DNA of 32,000 bases, taken from the sequence record CP138594.1; one strand, written 5' to 3'. A model generated the notes under the pieces. The model did no database searches, was not told where the DNA came from, and saw only the letters and a program-made list of their open reading frames with translations. Below are positions 8,679 to 26,114 of this stretch, piece by piece; positions within the stretch are counted from its first letter, which is position 1; each line of letters begins with the position of its first letter. A program made the position numbers and the translations under genes.

Positions 8679-11094
8679 ATGAGAATTTGAAAAAGTCATT
8701 CCTTGCTTAGTTTAGCAAATGGATATGTTGTGGATTCTCCACAACCATCAAATTTAAGCTACTTATGAAACTTTGGTTCTTTATTAGCTGTATGTTTAAT
8801 TATACAAATAGTTACAGGTGTTACTTTAGCCATGCATTATAACCCTAGTGTTTTAGAAGCGTTTAATTCAGTTGAACATATAATGAGAGACGTTAATAAC
8901 GGATGATTAATACGTTATTTACACTCAAATACAGCTTCATTCTTCTTCTTTATAGTATACCTTCACATAGGAAGAGGTTTATACTACGGGTCTTATAGAG
9001 CTCCTAGAACATTAGCATGAACAATAGGTACAGTAATATTCATATTAATGATGGCTACAGCATTCTTGGGTTACGTTTTACCCTACGGTCAAATGTCTTT
9101 ATGAGGTGCTACAGTTATTACTAATCTTATGAGTGCTATACCTTGAGTAGGGCAAGATATTGTTGAGTCAATAAATTTTACAAACGATAATTTAACAAAT
9201 TACTACATATGTAGTATATTACCTACAATAGGTACTATTAATGTTAATGCATTAAAAAGAGGAAATAAAAGTGTGAGATTAAATAAAGAAGAATATTTGT
9301 CTATCCCTTCTTCATTTTTATCTTTTTTAGTAGGATTTATAGATGGAGATGGTTATATACAGATAACAAAAACAACTAAAGGATTTATTGCTATAAAGCT
9401 TGTAATATCTATACATCTAAATGATATTTCAACTTTACAATACATTAATTCTGTTTTACGTATAGGAAAAATAACTATATATAAAGATCATAAAAGCCCG
9501 ACTTGTAAGTTAGTTGTTAACAAAACTGATTTGCAAGAAGTTCTTTTTCCACTTTTATTATATCATAATATATTTTTCTTGACTGAAACTAGAAATAACC
9601 AGTTTAACACTGCCATGTTTATACTTAAAAAAGATATTAAACTTTTTGATAATATACCTAGTTTAGATCTTATAGGTAAAACCTTTAAATTACCTAACAG
9701 TCCAAATGATTACCTAAATTTAGATTTCTTTAATAATTGAGTAGTAGGTTTTACAATGGCAGAAGGATCATTTTTTATTAAAAATAATTTAGATGGTTGT
9801 TTCCAATTAAAACAAAGAATACATGTTAATCTATTTGAATCATTTAGACTGCTATTTAACACAACTAGAAAAATAGGTATAGAAAGAAATATGTACAATC
9901 AATTTTCCGTATCTTCTAAAAAGGATATACAATCAGTAATAAATTTCTTTTCTTTTTTAGGCTTACATGCTTTAATAGGACTTAAAGGTATTTCTTACGC
10001 TAAATGATTAAATGATTTAAGTATTAGTAAGCGTTATAGCAATTTAAACTATCCTATAAACAAATAGTAACATAATCCACACTTTTAAACCTTTATATTT
10101 CGTTTAAATGGGCTCCTTAAAATGGTAACATTTTAAAGGCAAATGGGGAGAATTGCAAGGACATCTATAAAAATTACCTCCGACTTATAGATTATTTGCA
10201 GCGGAGCTTTATTCGGTAGACTTTTATTAAAAGTGAATAAAGAACGTTCAACGACTAACAAGTGAGTAATACCAACAATAAGCTTGACACGAGAACCCCA
10301 CAACCTATAAATATTTAAATATTATTGGTTGAAGACATAGTCTAAACACCGGATATACATAAAACTGGTGAGAGTGAAGGTTAAATACTTCACTAAAACT
10401 ATTAATTATAGTTTAATTCGTCATCTGAGGAGGTTTCTCAGTTAATAATGCAACTTTAAACAGATTCTTTGCATTACACTTTGTTTTACCTTTTGTTTTA
10501 GCTGCATTAGCTTTAATGCACTTAATAGCATTACACGATAGTGCTGGTTCAGGTAACCCTCTAGGTGTTTCTGGTAACTACGACAGATTACCTATGGCAC
10601 CTTATTTCTTATTTAAAGATCTTATAACAATATTCTTATTTATTGTAGTCTTATCAATATTTGTTTTCTTTATGCCTAATGTTTTAGGTGATAGTGAAAA
10701 TTACGTTGTAGCTAACCCAATGCAAACTCCTCCTGCCATTGTTCCTGAATGATATCTTTTACCATTCTATGCTATATTAAGATCTATACCTAACAAATTA
10801 TTAGGTGTTATAGCAATGTTCTCAGCTATATTAATATTATTAATAATGCCATACACAGATCTAGGTAGAAGTAGAGGTTTACAATTCAGACCTTTAAGTA
10901 AAATAGCATTCTACATATTCATAGTTAATTTCTTATTATTAATGCAATTAGGAGCTAAACACGTTGAGTCACCATTTATAGAATTTGGTCAAATAAGTAC
11001 AGTTTTATATTTCTCACATTTCTTAATAATAGTACCTGTTATAAGTTTAATAGAAAATAGTTTAATAGAAATACACTCTAAACAAGCTAAATAA
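8679..11094 (+). CDS. cob: Apocytochrome b, two exons: 8679..9168 and 10421..11094
   Basis: Exon 1 reads [36 protein letters not shown]...IPWVGQDIVE and ends in T. Exon 2 reads (F)[24 protein letters not shown]...[16 protein letters not shown]... to TAA at 11092. The split codon t|tc restores the canonical DIVEFIWGGFSV. The spliced CDS is 1164 nt (387 aa). Confidence 0.94.
9169..10067 (+). CDS. Intron-encoded LAGLIDADG homing endonuclease or maturase, in frame with cob exon 1
   Basis: The frame is continuous from exon 1 to TAG at 10065..10067 (TGA=Trp at 9738 and 10005). Motifs are [12 protein letters not shown] and [12 protein letters not shown]. Confidence 0.88.
9169..10420 (+). mobile_element. 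Group I intron in cob, inserted after nt 490 of the CDS
   Basis: The upstream exon ends in T and the intron ends in G (..aattcg|tcatctgagg). Core elements are gttcaacgacta (R, 10246..10257) and aagacatagtct (S, 10332..10343). It carries a LAGLIDADG ORF. Confidence 0.88.
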
Positions 11095-11160
11095 TAAAAA
11101 AATAGGGCCAATAAGATAAGTACATAGCAACAATATAAATTACATATCCCCCTTTTTTTT

Positions 11161-11550
11161 TTATCTTTTTGAACTATCTTTATTAAGATAATACACTTGT
11201 CTACTTTCTATAGATAAAGCGTTTTTTCCTAGTTCAAAAGCAAAACCTAATGTTAACACTAAAAAGAAAATTAACATTACAACTAAACCGAAAACACCAT
11301 TAACATAAGCACTAACTATGTAAGGATATACTAATAAAATTTCTAAATCAAATAATAAGAACAATAAAGCAAATATAAAGAAAGAAACACTGAACTCACT
11401 TCTATTTTGTCCTAAGAAAGAATGGAAACCACATTCGAATACACTATCTTTTTCTTCATAGGGATTATGAGGAGCAAGTATAAGATTAACTGCTAATAAT
11501 ATAACAGCTAAAATAGGTATGAATATAAAGAAAAAAGTTTGACCTGTCAT
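11161..11550 (-). CDS. nad3: NADH dehydrogenase subunit 3
   Basis: Intact 129-aa ORF from ATG with ...PYEEKDSVFECGFHSF...FLLFDLEILLVYPY..., the ND3 signature. It follows nad2 on the same strand. Confidence 0.94.
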   Translation of the reverse strand: MTGQTFFFIFIPILAVILLAVNLILAPHNPYEEKDSVFECGFHSFLGQNRSEFSVSFFIFALLFLLFDLEILLVYPYIVSAYVNGVFGLVVMLIFFLVLTLGFAFELGKNALSIESRQVYYLNKDSSKR

Positions 11551-11595
11551 GTTTTATTTAAATAAGATTAAAGTAATAATGTTAACTACATTAAA

Positions 11596-13254
11596 TCAAA
11601 TAGAAGGTGTATATATGAATAATAATAATAATAAAGTCAATACAGAAATAATACTACTAAGTGAACTATTAACTGTAATATTTTCTGATTTAAATAATAA
11701 TTTATTTCCTGTGTATGCAGGATTAACGCTACTATTAGTGTAAGGAGACACATAAGCAACTAAATCTGTGTTATCTGATATTGATCCTTTTTGGTAATCA
11801 CTTTTAAAGAAGAATATATGTTTTATAAGGTTTAAATAGTAAGCTGCACCTATTACACTTGTAAGTATTGCAATTAAAGACATAAACACATATCCTTTAT
11901 CTAAGGCAGCACTTAGTATCATCTGTTTAGCAAAGAAACCTATTGCAGGTGGTATTCCTACAAACGAGAATATAGTAACAGCAAAACTTATAGCAATAAA
12001 TGGATTAATATAAAAGTAACCTTTAATTTGACTTATAAGTTGTACAGGTGAATTATTTTGGTCTATTAGTCCTTTTTGAGCATCTTTATTATTATTTACA
12101 TATAAGTATAAACTATAACCTATAGTTAATAATATTATAAATGCATTTAAGTTTGATATAGAATATTGTAATATATAGAATATATATGATTGTATAGACT
12201 CAGCACTATTAATTGATAATGCTAATAATATAAATCCTACATGACTAATAGTACTATATGCAAATAATCTTTTTATTCTGAATTGAGTTAAACCTAGAAC
12301 AGAACCTATTATTAATGATAATAAACTACTTATAAGTAATATACTTTTTCAAGAGAAACCGAAAATATTATATTCTGTGTAATAAACTAACTCTAAGAAA
12401 AAGGCAAATATAGAAATTTTTGCTATTATAGCTACATATGTTGTAACAATAGTAGGTATTCCATCATAAACATCCGGAGATCAGAAATGGAATGGAGCAG
12501 CACTAACTTTAAATAAGAATCCTACTGCCATTATTATTAAAGATAAATGTATATAATAAGGAGTATATCAACTATTTAACACATAAGATGAATCTATTTC
12601 AACTATACTTGTTACTAAGTATATGTTTTCTAAACTAGTTGTCCCTAAATTAGCATATAATAAAGCAGAACCTAATAAAATAAAACAAGAAGAAAGTCCA
12701 CCTAATAAGAAATATGTTAAACCACTACCTGTTGCTAATTCAGAATCTCTGTATAAAGTAGAAAGTATATATAAACCATAACTCTGTAATTCTATAGATA
12801 AGAATATTGATACTAAATCTGCTGTACTTATTAAAAATGCTGCACCTGATAATACAAATACTATAACAAGAGGATACTCTAATATTTGGAATTGTTCTCC
12901 GTTTTTATTTGAAATAACATCTTTGTTATATGATAGTTTAGATTTGAATAAGCTATCTAATGTAGAATGATTTTCTACATTAACTTTTCTAGGATAGAAT
13001 GCTGTAAGTGTTAATATAACAGCACTAACCATAAATATGAAAATATTAAATGTGTGTGTAAAAGTAGTTACGTTAAATAAACCACCGAATATACTTATAC
13101 CAGTACCCAGAGGTTTTACAAATAGATTATTAATAGCTAAAAAACTAACTGATAATAACCCAATTATAACAATCCGGGAGAAACCTATAGACTTTTCTCG
13201 TAATAAACTTACGGCATTTGAAAGTAATAAAAATATTAATAAAGTTATTAACAT
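11596..13254 (-). CDS. nad2: NADH dehydrogenase subunit 2
   Basis: ATG at 13254. The ORF-track pieces 12568..13254 and 11596..11922 share a frame (difference 1332 nt). The gap translates under code 4 without stops and includes ...[20 protein letters not shown]... and ...[15 protein letters not shown]... Length is 552 aa. Confidence 0.92.
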
Positions 13255-13331
13255 TTACAGGTATAAACAAATAAAGTTATATACTGTATAATATATTCCG
13301 TTTTTTTTATTATTTAATTTATTTAAATAAA

Positions 13332-14810
13332 TTAAACTGAAACAGGTATAGCAGAACTATATATTAATAATGAAACAGAATAGTGTAAACCATCTAATAC
13401 AGGTGCAGGATATATACCTAATACTACAGTAAATACAACTAATGTTATCAACATAATGAATTCCCGTTTATTTAAATCAGGTATATTAAATTTAAAGAAT
13501 CTTGAGAATGATCCTGCAAAAGCTATTCTATTAAACATATATATAGTATATGCTGCACTAAATACTATAGAAGAACTAGCAAATGCACCTAATAAAGGAG
13601 ATCTTTCAAAAGTACCGTAAAGACTCATAAATTCACCAATGAAATTTAGAGATAACGGTGTACCTGCGTTGGCTAAACAAAGTATGAAGAATAGTATTGC
13701 AAATATAGGCATTAACTGTGCCATACCTCTATAGAAACTTATAAGTCTAGTTGAAGATCTATCGTATAAAACTCCACCTGCACAAATAAATAATCCAGAA
13801 GAAACAAACCCGTGTGCTAATCCTAAAACAATTCCTCCTTCGATTCCTTGAATTGTATTACTAAATACACCTAATAAGTAAACTGCTGCGTGAGACACTG
13901 AACTATAAGCAATTAGTTCTTTTATATCTATTGTTCTTAAAGTACTAAAACTAGCATATATTATTGTTATAACACCTATAACATAAACCATAGGAGTAAA
14001 GAAAAAATATGCTTTAGGAACTAAAGGTAATATTAGTCTTAATATACCGTATAGACTTAGTTTTAACACTATACCCGCTAATATTATACTACCTGAAAGA
14101 GGTGATTCAACATGAGCTTTTAAAAGTCAAGTGTTTAAGAATATAGTTGGTGTTTTTACTGCAAAAGCTATGAATATACCTCCAAATAAGAATAATTGCG
14201 TTGTGAAACTAAAATTAGTTTTATAAAGAGCATCAAAATCAGTTGTTCCCATTATTGAAGACATTGTTAATATAGATAATAGTAAAAATAATGAACCTAA
14301 TAATGTATATAAGAATAAGTAAAAACTGGCTCTAACTCTATTACTAGAACCAAACATACCTATAAGTATAAATAATGGAGGTAATATACTTTCAAAGAAT
14401 ATATAAAATAAAAGTACATCTAAAACCATAAACACGGCTAATAACAATGTTTCTAATAGAAGAATAATTATAACAAAAGATCTTACATTTTCAGATATGG
14501 ATTTTCAATTAGATAATAATGATATAGGCATTATTATAGTAGTTAAAAGAACAAAATAAATAGATATACCATCTACACCTAAATAGAAATCGAAACTACT
14601 TATATTATGATGTTCTTGAACAAATTGAAATTGATTTGTACTAAAACTAAATAATATAAATACAATTAAAGATATAAATAAATTAATTACAGATGTAGAT
14701 AAACCTATAACTTTTACTTGTTTTATACTTAATACAGAGTTATTATTGTATGAAGTAGATACAAACAGTATTCCTATTAAAGGAACTAATAATAGAAGGG
14801 TAAGTAACAT
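13332..14810 (-). CDS. nad4: NADH dehydrogenase subunit 4
   Basis: Three in-frame ORF-track pieces are joined by TGA=Trp at 14505 and 14127. Motifs include ...LLWKAHVESPLSGSIILAGIVLKL-like (NTWLLKAHVESPLSGS...) and ...AYSSVSHAAVYLLG... The first ATG is at 14810 (MLLTLLLLVPLIGI...). An upstream in-frame TTG at 14831 is an alternative start. Confidence 0.92.
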
Positions 14811-14959
14811 AAAAATTAAAAAAGAAAACAAATTTATTTCCCGCTAAATATAGAATAATCAAGTAAAAATTAATCTATTAAATCGTAACCACATACAAAT
14901 TTGTATATGAGATATGTACATGTTTTTTTTCTTTTATACATTTTTGTTTTATAAATTTA

Positions 14960-16036
14960 TTATAATAAATGTATATTAGTAGGTATAATATCGAAACTGT
15001 ATAGTATACATGGTACTAATACAATAAAAGCTATAACAATAGGTAATAATATAGTTCAAGAGAATGACATTAATTGATCAAAACGTATTCTAGGGAAAGA
15101 AGCTCTAACTCATATAAAGACAAATATCATTATACAGGCTTTTAGACCTATAGTAAGACCTGATATCATACCTTCTATAAGAGGATTAGATAATCATCCT
15201 ATTATACCATCAAGTAAAGAACCGTAATAGCTATCTTGAAGTATGTAAGATAGTAATGAATAATCTATTAAATAACCTCCAAGGAATAATATACTAGTTA
15301 ATATACATATTAAAACTATACTTCCATATTCAGCTAAGAAGAAGAACACAAACACTACAGCGGCGTGCTCGGTCATAAATCCACTAACTAATTCTGACTC
15401 AGCTTCTGCTAAATCAAACGGAGCTCTATTAGTTTCTGCTACAGAACCTATAAAGAATATTATAAATATAGGGAATAAAGGAGCAATAAATCATATTGCT
15501 CTTTGAGTTTCTATATCCACAGTTAAATTAAGACTACCTGTTAGTAAAACAACTAATAAAATAGCTGAGCTTAATATTAATTCGTAACTTATTAATTGTG
15601 CTGTACTTCTAAGTGAACCTAAAAAGGCATATTTAGAATTGGCAGATCAACCTGCTAAAAGTATACCATATGTAGCTAATGAAGATACTGCTAACATATA
15701 TAATATACCTAAATCGAAGTCTCATACAGCTAATCCAGGACCGTAAGGTACAACTGCATAACCTAATAATGAGAATATTAATGTAATTATAGGACCTATA
15801 AAAAATAAAACAATATTAGCTTGTGTAGGTGATACATATTCTTTTAAAAGAAGTTTTAAGGCATCTGCAAATGCTTGTAGAAGACCATAGTACCCTACTA
15901 TATTAGGTCCTAATCTTCTTTGCATACTTGCCATTGTTTTTCTTTCAGCTACTGTAACAAAAGCAACAGTAAGTAGTACTGGAACTGTAACCAATAATAC
16001 CTCTATTACAGAGATAAGGGTAGGAAAATATAACAT
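14960..16036 (-). CDS. nad1: NADH dehydrogenase subunit 1
   Basis: ATG at 16036. The protein reads ...[34 protein letters not shown]...[22 protein letters not shown]...[18 protein letters not shown]... I translated codon by codon to TAA at 14960..14962 with no intron. Length is 358 aa. Confidence 0.93.
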
Positions 16037-16218
16037 AAAATTGATAAATATAAACCTAAAATAAATATATACTGTCTATACTTACATTTAGGATTAATGA
16101 ACATACAATATATTATTTGTAATGTTTTATTATTAAAGATACTACAGGTATATAAAAATACATAGTGTTTTTTTTTTTATTACTTAAATTATAAGTATAT
16201 ATATATTGTAGAAATTTA

Positions 16219-17028
16219 TTATGATCCTCAGTAGTACACTGATAAGAAAAGGAATAATCAAACTACATCAACAAAATGTCAGTATAATATACTAGCTTCG
16301 AAACCTAAGTGATGGTTTTCTGTTACATGGTAGGCGAATATTCTTCAGAATCCAACTGCTATAAAGATAGTACCAATTATAACGTGTAACCCGTGGAAAC
16401 CTGTACCAAAATAGAAACAAGATCCAAATGCTCCATCTGATAAAGTGAATGAAGAAACTGAATATTCTACACCTTGGAAACCAGTAAATATTACAGCTAA
16501 TATTATAGTAAATAATACTCCATATAAAGAACCATTTCTGTTACCTTGTATTAAAGAGTGGTGTGCATAAGTTACTGTAACACCAGATGCTAAAAGTAAC
16601 ACTGTGTTAAGTAAGGGTAATTCAAATGCGTTTATAGCTTCTATTCCTAATGGTGGTCATTGTGCTCCTAATTCTACGGTAGGTGATAAAGCACTGTGAA
16701 AATAAGCTCAGAATATAGCTAAGAAGAATAAACCTTCAGACACTATAAATAAAGCTACTCCCATATTTAAACCTCTTTGTACAGCTAAAGTGTGATTACC
16801 TAGGAATGTACCCTCTGAAACTACATCTCTAAATCAGAAAAACATACTTGATATTAATAACACTAAAGCAGCTGGTAATCAGTAAGCTGCGTTAGAAAAA
16901 CTGTGCATAGTTAAAACACCACTTGTTGTTAATGTAAGTAAACTTATACAAGTGTTAATGGGTCAAGGAGAAGGAGACACCAGATGGAAAGGGTGTCCTT
17001 GGAAAGCACTTCTATCTAAATGAGACAT
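16219..17028 (-). CDS. cox3: Cytochrome c oxidase subunit 3
   Basis: ATG at 17028 gives MSHLDRSAFQGHPFHLVSPSPWP... The piece 16345..16602 is in frame (difference 426 nt). The C-terminus is ...[31 protein letters not shown], ending at TAA 16219..16221. Length is 269 aa. Confidence 0.94.
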
Positions 17029-17413
17029 GATATAATAATATAGATTACAAATTGCAAAAGGTCTGTACAGGTTTTTTTATAAAATTTACCTATAGAGAAT
17101 AAATATGAAAAACCATACTAAATCCTAATTAAATAGTATAAAATATGTAAAACGTATAAACACATTATTTTTTTCCTGAATACAAATAAAATCGATTGAG
17201 TTATAATATATATAAAACTAAAAATAATACTTTAATAACGGCTTGAAGTTTCAATACTATATTTATATAATATTTTTTTTTCTGTATAATACCGATGTTT
17301 TTACATCATTATTTTTATGTAATAAAGGACAGATTTTCCCACATTATTTTGGTAGAATAGTTGTATATATTATGTATCACAGATAATTTAAGTGTATTTA
17401 ATACATATAAATA

Positions 17414-19271
17414 TTATTGTTCGTATAATCATGATAAGAATTTTTCTAATGATATAGATTCTATCACTATAGGCATAGAACTATGTAATATACCACAAAT
17501 TTCTGAACATTGACCGAAGAATGATCCTTCTCTATTAATAAGAACAGAGATTTGGTTTAATCTTCCAGGGTAAGCATCACATTTAATACCTAATGCGGGA
17601 CAAGCGTAAGAATGTATAACATCACCTGAAGATATAATAAATCTAACATGTGTTAATTCTGGTAAAATTACTCTGTTATCAACTTCTAATAATCTTAAAG
17701 CTCCAACTTCTAAATCTGACTCTGGTACTAAGTAAGAATCGAATTCTAATTCTTCGTCATCTTCATTAGTAAAATCAGGGTATTGGTAACTTCAGTATCA
17801 TTGGTGTCCTTCAACGAAAACAGTTAATGATGGATCAGTAACTTCATCCATTAAGTATAATAATTTAAATGATGGGAACGCTATTAATATTAATATTAAT
17901 GCTGGAGTAATTGTTCATATAAGTTCTATTAGTGTCAATTTAAACTTAAGTACTTTCATACTTAACCGGACTATATCTTACCTTATAAAGGTTTCCACGT
18001 TTAGTCTCTGAGGATCCTACTTAATAAGAAACGTATTTCACAATTTCATATTTTGGTTTCCTGCTGATAATCCATTGTACATCCTTTAGGGTTATCACTG
18101 ATAAATTTATATTTTATTTATAGTACCTAAAGGCTTTAGGAGTTTCCAGCATACAGTGGAATTTTTCGCATAGTTTTTTTAAGCGCAAGTTCTATTTAGT
18201 ATTTATAAATTTGTATCTATCTTTAAATATTTTACCTGAGTTTATATAAAGTCTTATAGTGCTAGCACTAATATCTAAAAATTTAGCAGCTCTTCTTATG
18301 GAAACAAAATTACCTATTAATTTAAATCCTTCTGAATCACACTTTTCTAATATATCAAGAGAATAACCTCTTGCAGTGCTCATCTTTAATAAAGTTTCTT
18401 CAGAATATTTTCTACCTAAAGCTTTCTGTCTAATCAATTCTTTAGTTTCTTCAGTGTGAGTATTACCTAGATTATCTCTACTTCTTAATGACATAAGAGC
18501 TTTAGTTTCTTCAGTATGAGTTCTACCAAATAAAGGTGATTTTTCTTTTGTATAAACTCCTTTTAAAGACTTACTAATTTTTGCCTTAGTTTCTTCAGAA
18601 AGTTTATGGCCTAAAGAGCTACCTGCTATTTTTAGAATATTATATTTAGGATTTAATTTATCCATGTAATATTGTTCTCTTTCTGTTAAATTATTAATAT
18701 CACAATACTCTAATATCTCCAATGAAAAATTAGAATAACCGTACTTAATTAAAGCTCTGCTTATTATAAGGCTCTCTCTATTCTTTAAATAACTAAGGTT
18801 AAAATATTTCATAAATCTTTTTGCTAAATCTATAGACTGACCGACATATACATCATTTGTTACTTTATTCGTTCATTTATAGATTCCAGATTTATTTTTA
18901 TTATCCTTTATAATTAATTTTCTCATAGAGAAAGCATCTTCATAAAGCTTTACGCTATTAACAGGAAGAGTGCTATAAGATCTTTTATTATTAATACTAA
19001 AACTTGTCAAGTTAAAACACTTTTGCGAAGGCACACGTCTACCATGGTTAAGATATTTATTACTAATAGGAGATTTATGATTAACGTAGTTTCTTATTAT
19101 AGAAACCATAACTCATGCAACACCAAATAAGATTATAAGTAAGTAAAACATGATATTGTCATGTAGTTCAACTAATGCCTCCATTTGAGGACTGGCGCTA
19201 TCTTGGAAATAGATACCTCATGGTCTAGGGGCATCACAAGATAACATAGTATTATTTAATAAAAAATTCAT
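17414..19271 (-). CDS. cox2: Cytochrome c oxidase subunit 2, two exons: 19041..19271 and 17414..17935
   Basis: Exon 1 reads [43 protein letters not shown]...SNKYLNHG. Exon 2 reads [32 protein letters not shown]...GHQWYWSYQY...[33 protein letters not shown] to TAA at 17414. I translated exon 2 codon by codon. ATG 19271 is in frame with ORF 18873..19109 (difference 162 nt). Total length is 250 aa. Confidence 0.93.
17936..19040 (-). mobile_element. Group I intron in cox2 (after codon 77, HG|TLIELIW)
   Basis: The upstream exon ends in T (ggt) and the intron ends in G (aaattg|aca). On the minus strand the R element is tcagagactaaa (plus 17996..18020 region) and the S element is aagatatagtcc (plus 17967..17982 region). 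Confidence 0.88.
18192..19040 (-). CDS. Intron-encoded GIY-YIG homing endonuclease, in frame with cox2 exon 1
   Basis: ORF-track pieces 18873..19109 and 18192..18812 share a frame and are joined by TGA=Trp. The GIY-YIG module is [20 protein letters not shown]...[12 protein letters not shown]...[14 protein letters not shown]. Four NUMOD3-like repeats follow ([40 protein letters not shown]), then a C-terminal helix-turn-helix-like [24 protein letters not shown]. The ORF ends at TAG 18192. Confidence 0.88.
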
Positions 19272-19413
19272 AATTTAATTTGAAATATATAAATATTTGT
19301 AATCTCTAGATAATAAATATAATTTTATATAAACAATATAATATAAATATTAATAATAGGTTGAGACTTTATATAAATATTAGCTATATTAATATACTGT
19401 GTATATTTACACA

Positions 19414-19484
19414 ACTCTTACTCAAGACTTGAACTTGAATCTAGATATTAGAAGTATCCTGCTCTACCATTAAGCTAGTAAGAA
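19414..19484 (-). tRNA. trnR: tRNA-Arg (UCU); the only tRNA on the minus strand
   Basis: Read on the minus strand: acceptor ttcttac/gtaagag (U-G at 1-72), D stem gctt/gagc, anticodon stem ggata/tatct with loop ctTCTaa, T arm tcaag-ttcaagt-cttga. Confidence 0.86.
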
Positions 19485-19546
19485 TATTTGTGTATACACT
19501 TTTTTTTAGGTTTTCACCTTAAATACTAAAAATCTAGAATAATACA

Positions 19547-22454
<2,908 letters not shown>

Positions 22455-22754
22455 AGGAAAATAATAAAGTTTAGCTTAAAAGTATATTTTAATAACATTA
22501 GTAAAAAAAAAATGATGACTAAAGCCATGGCATAACTTTAAGAATAAACTTGTTTAAGTTATAAAAAATATTTATTGTTTTCTCATTAAATAGATTATTT
22601 AAATCTCTTTAATCAAAATACAATGTAAAATTAATTTTATTACAAAAGGGTTAAAGTAAACAATAATTACATATAACTTTCTTCTTTTTTTTGTAAATAT
22701 AATAGTTATATGTTTATGTTAGATATGTAATATAATATTTGATCGTATAGACGA

Positions 22755-25825
<3,071 letters not shown>

Positions 25826-25921
25826 AAGTACTAATTTTATTAACAACTAAATAATACACTTATCACATAAAAATAAATTTTAGATTTTCTATAAACATAA
25901 ACTGTTTAATAGATGTGTCTA

Positions 25922-25992
25922 GCCTGATTAGCATAAAAGCAATGCAACCGTTTTGTAATCGGTAGAAGTAAGTGCGATACTTACATTGGGCT
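25922..25992 (+). tRNA. trnT: tRNA-Thr (UGU)
   Basis: Acceptor gcctgat/attgggc (two G-U), D stem gcat/atgc, anticodon loop ttTGTaa (closing pair mismatched), T arm gtaag-tgcgata-cttac. Confidence 0.82.
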
Positions 25993-26022
25993 TTACTTTC
26001 ATTATATCCCCATATACTTTAA

Positions 26023-26093
26023 TGCGGATTGATGTAATAGTAACATAACAGGCTCATGACCTGTAAATAGAGGTGCAAATCCTTTGTCCGCAC
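26023..26093 (+). tRNA. trnM: tRNA with anticodon CAU; best initiator (fMet) candidate
   Basis: Acceptor tgcggat/gtccgca, D stem atgt/acat, anticodon stem acagg/cctgt with loop ctCATga, T arm agagg-tgcaaat-ccttt. It is the only CAU tRNA with consecutive G-C pairs next to the anticodon loop. Confidence 0.85.
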
Positions 26094-26114
26094 TTTTATG
26101 TATACAATTATATA

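Noticed and set aside
9710-9898. 62-aa minus-strand ORF.
   Set aside because: It is antisense to the cob intron LAGLIDADG ORF and has no motif.
11549-11743. Plus-strand ORFs 11549..11743 and 13037..13291.
   Set aside because: They are antisense to nad2, which is strongly supported on the minus strand, and are low-complexity.
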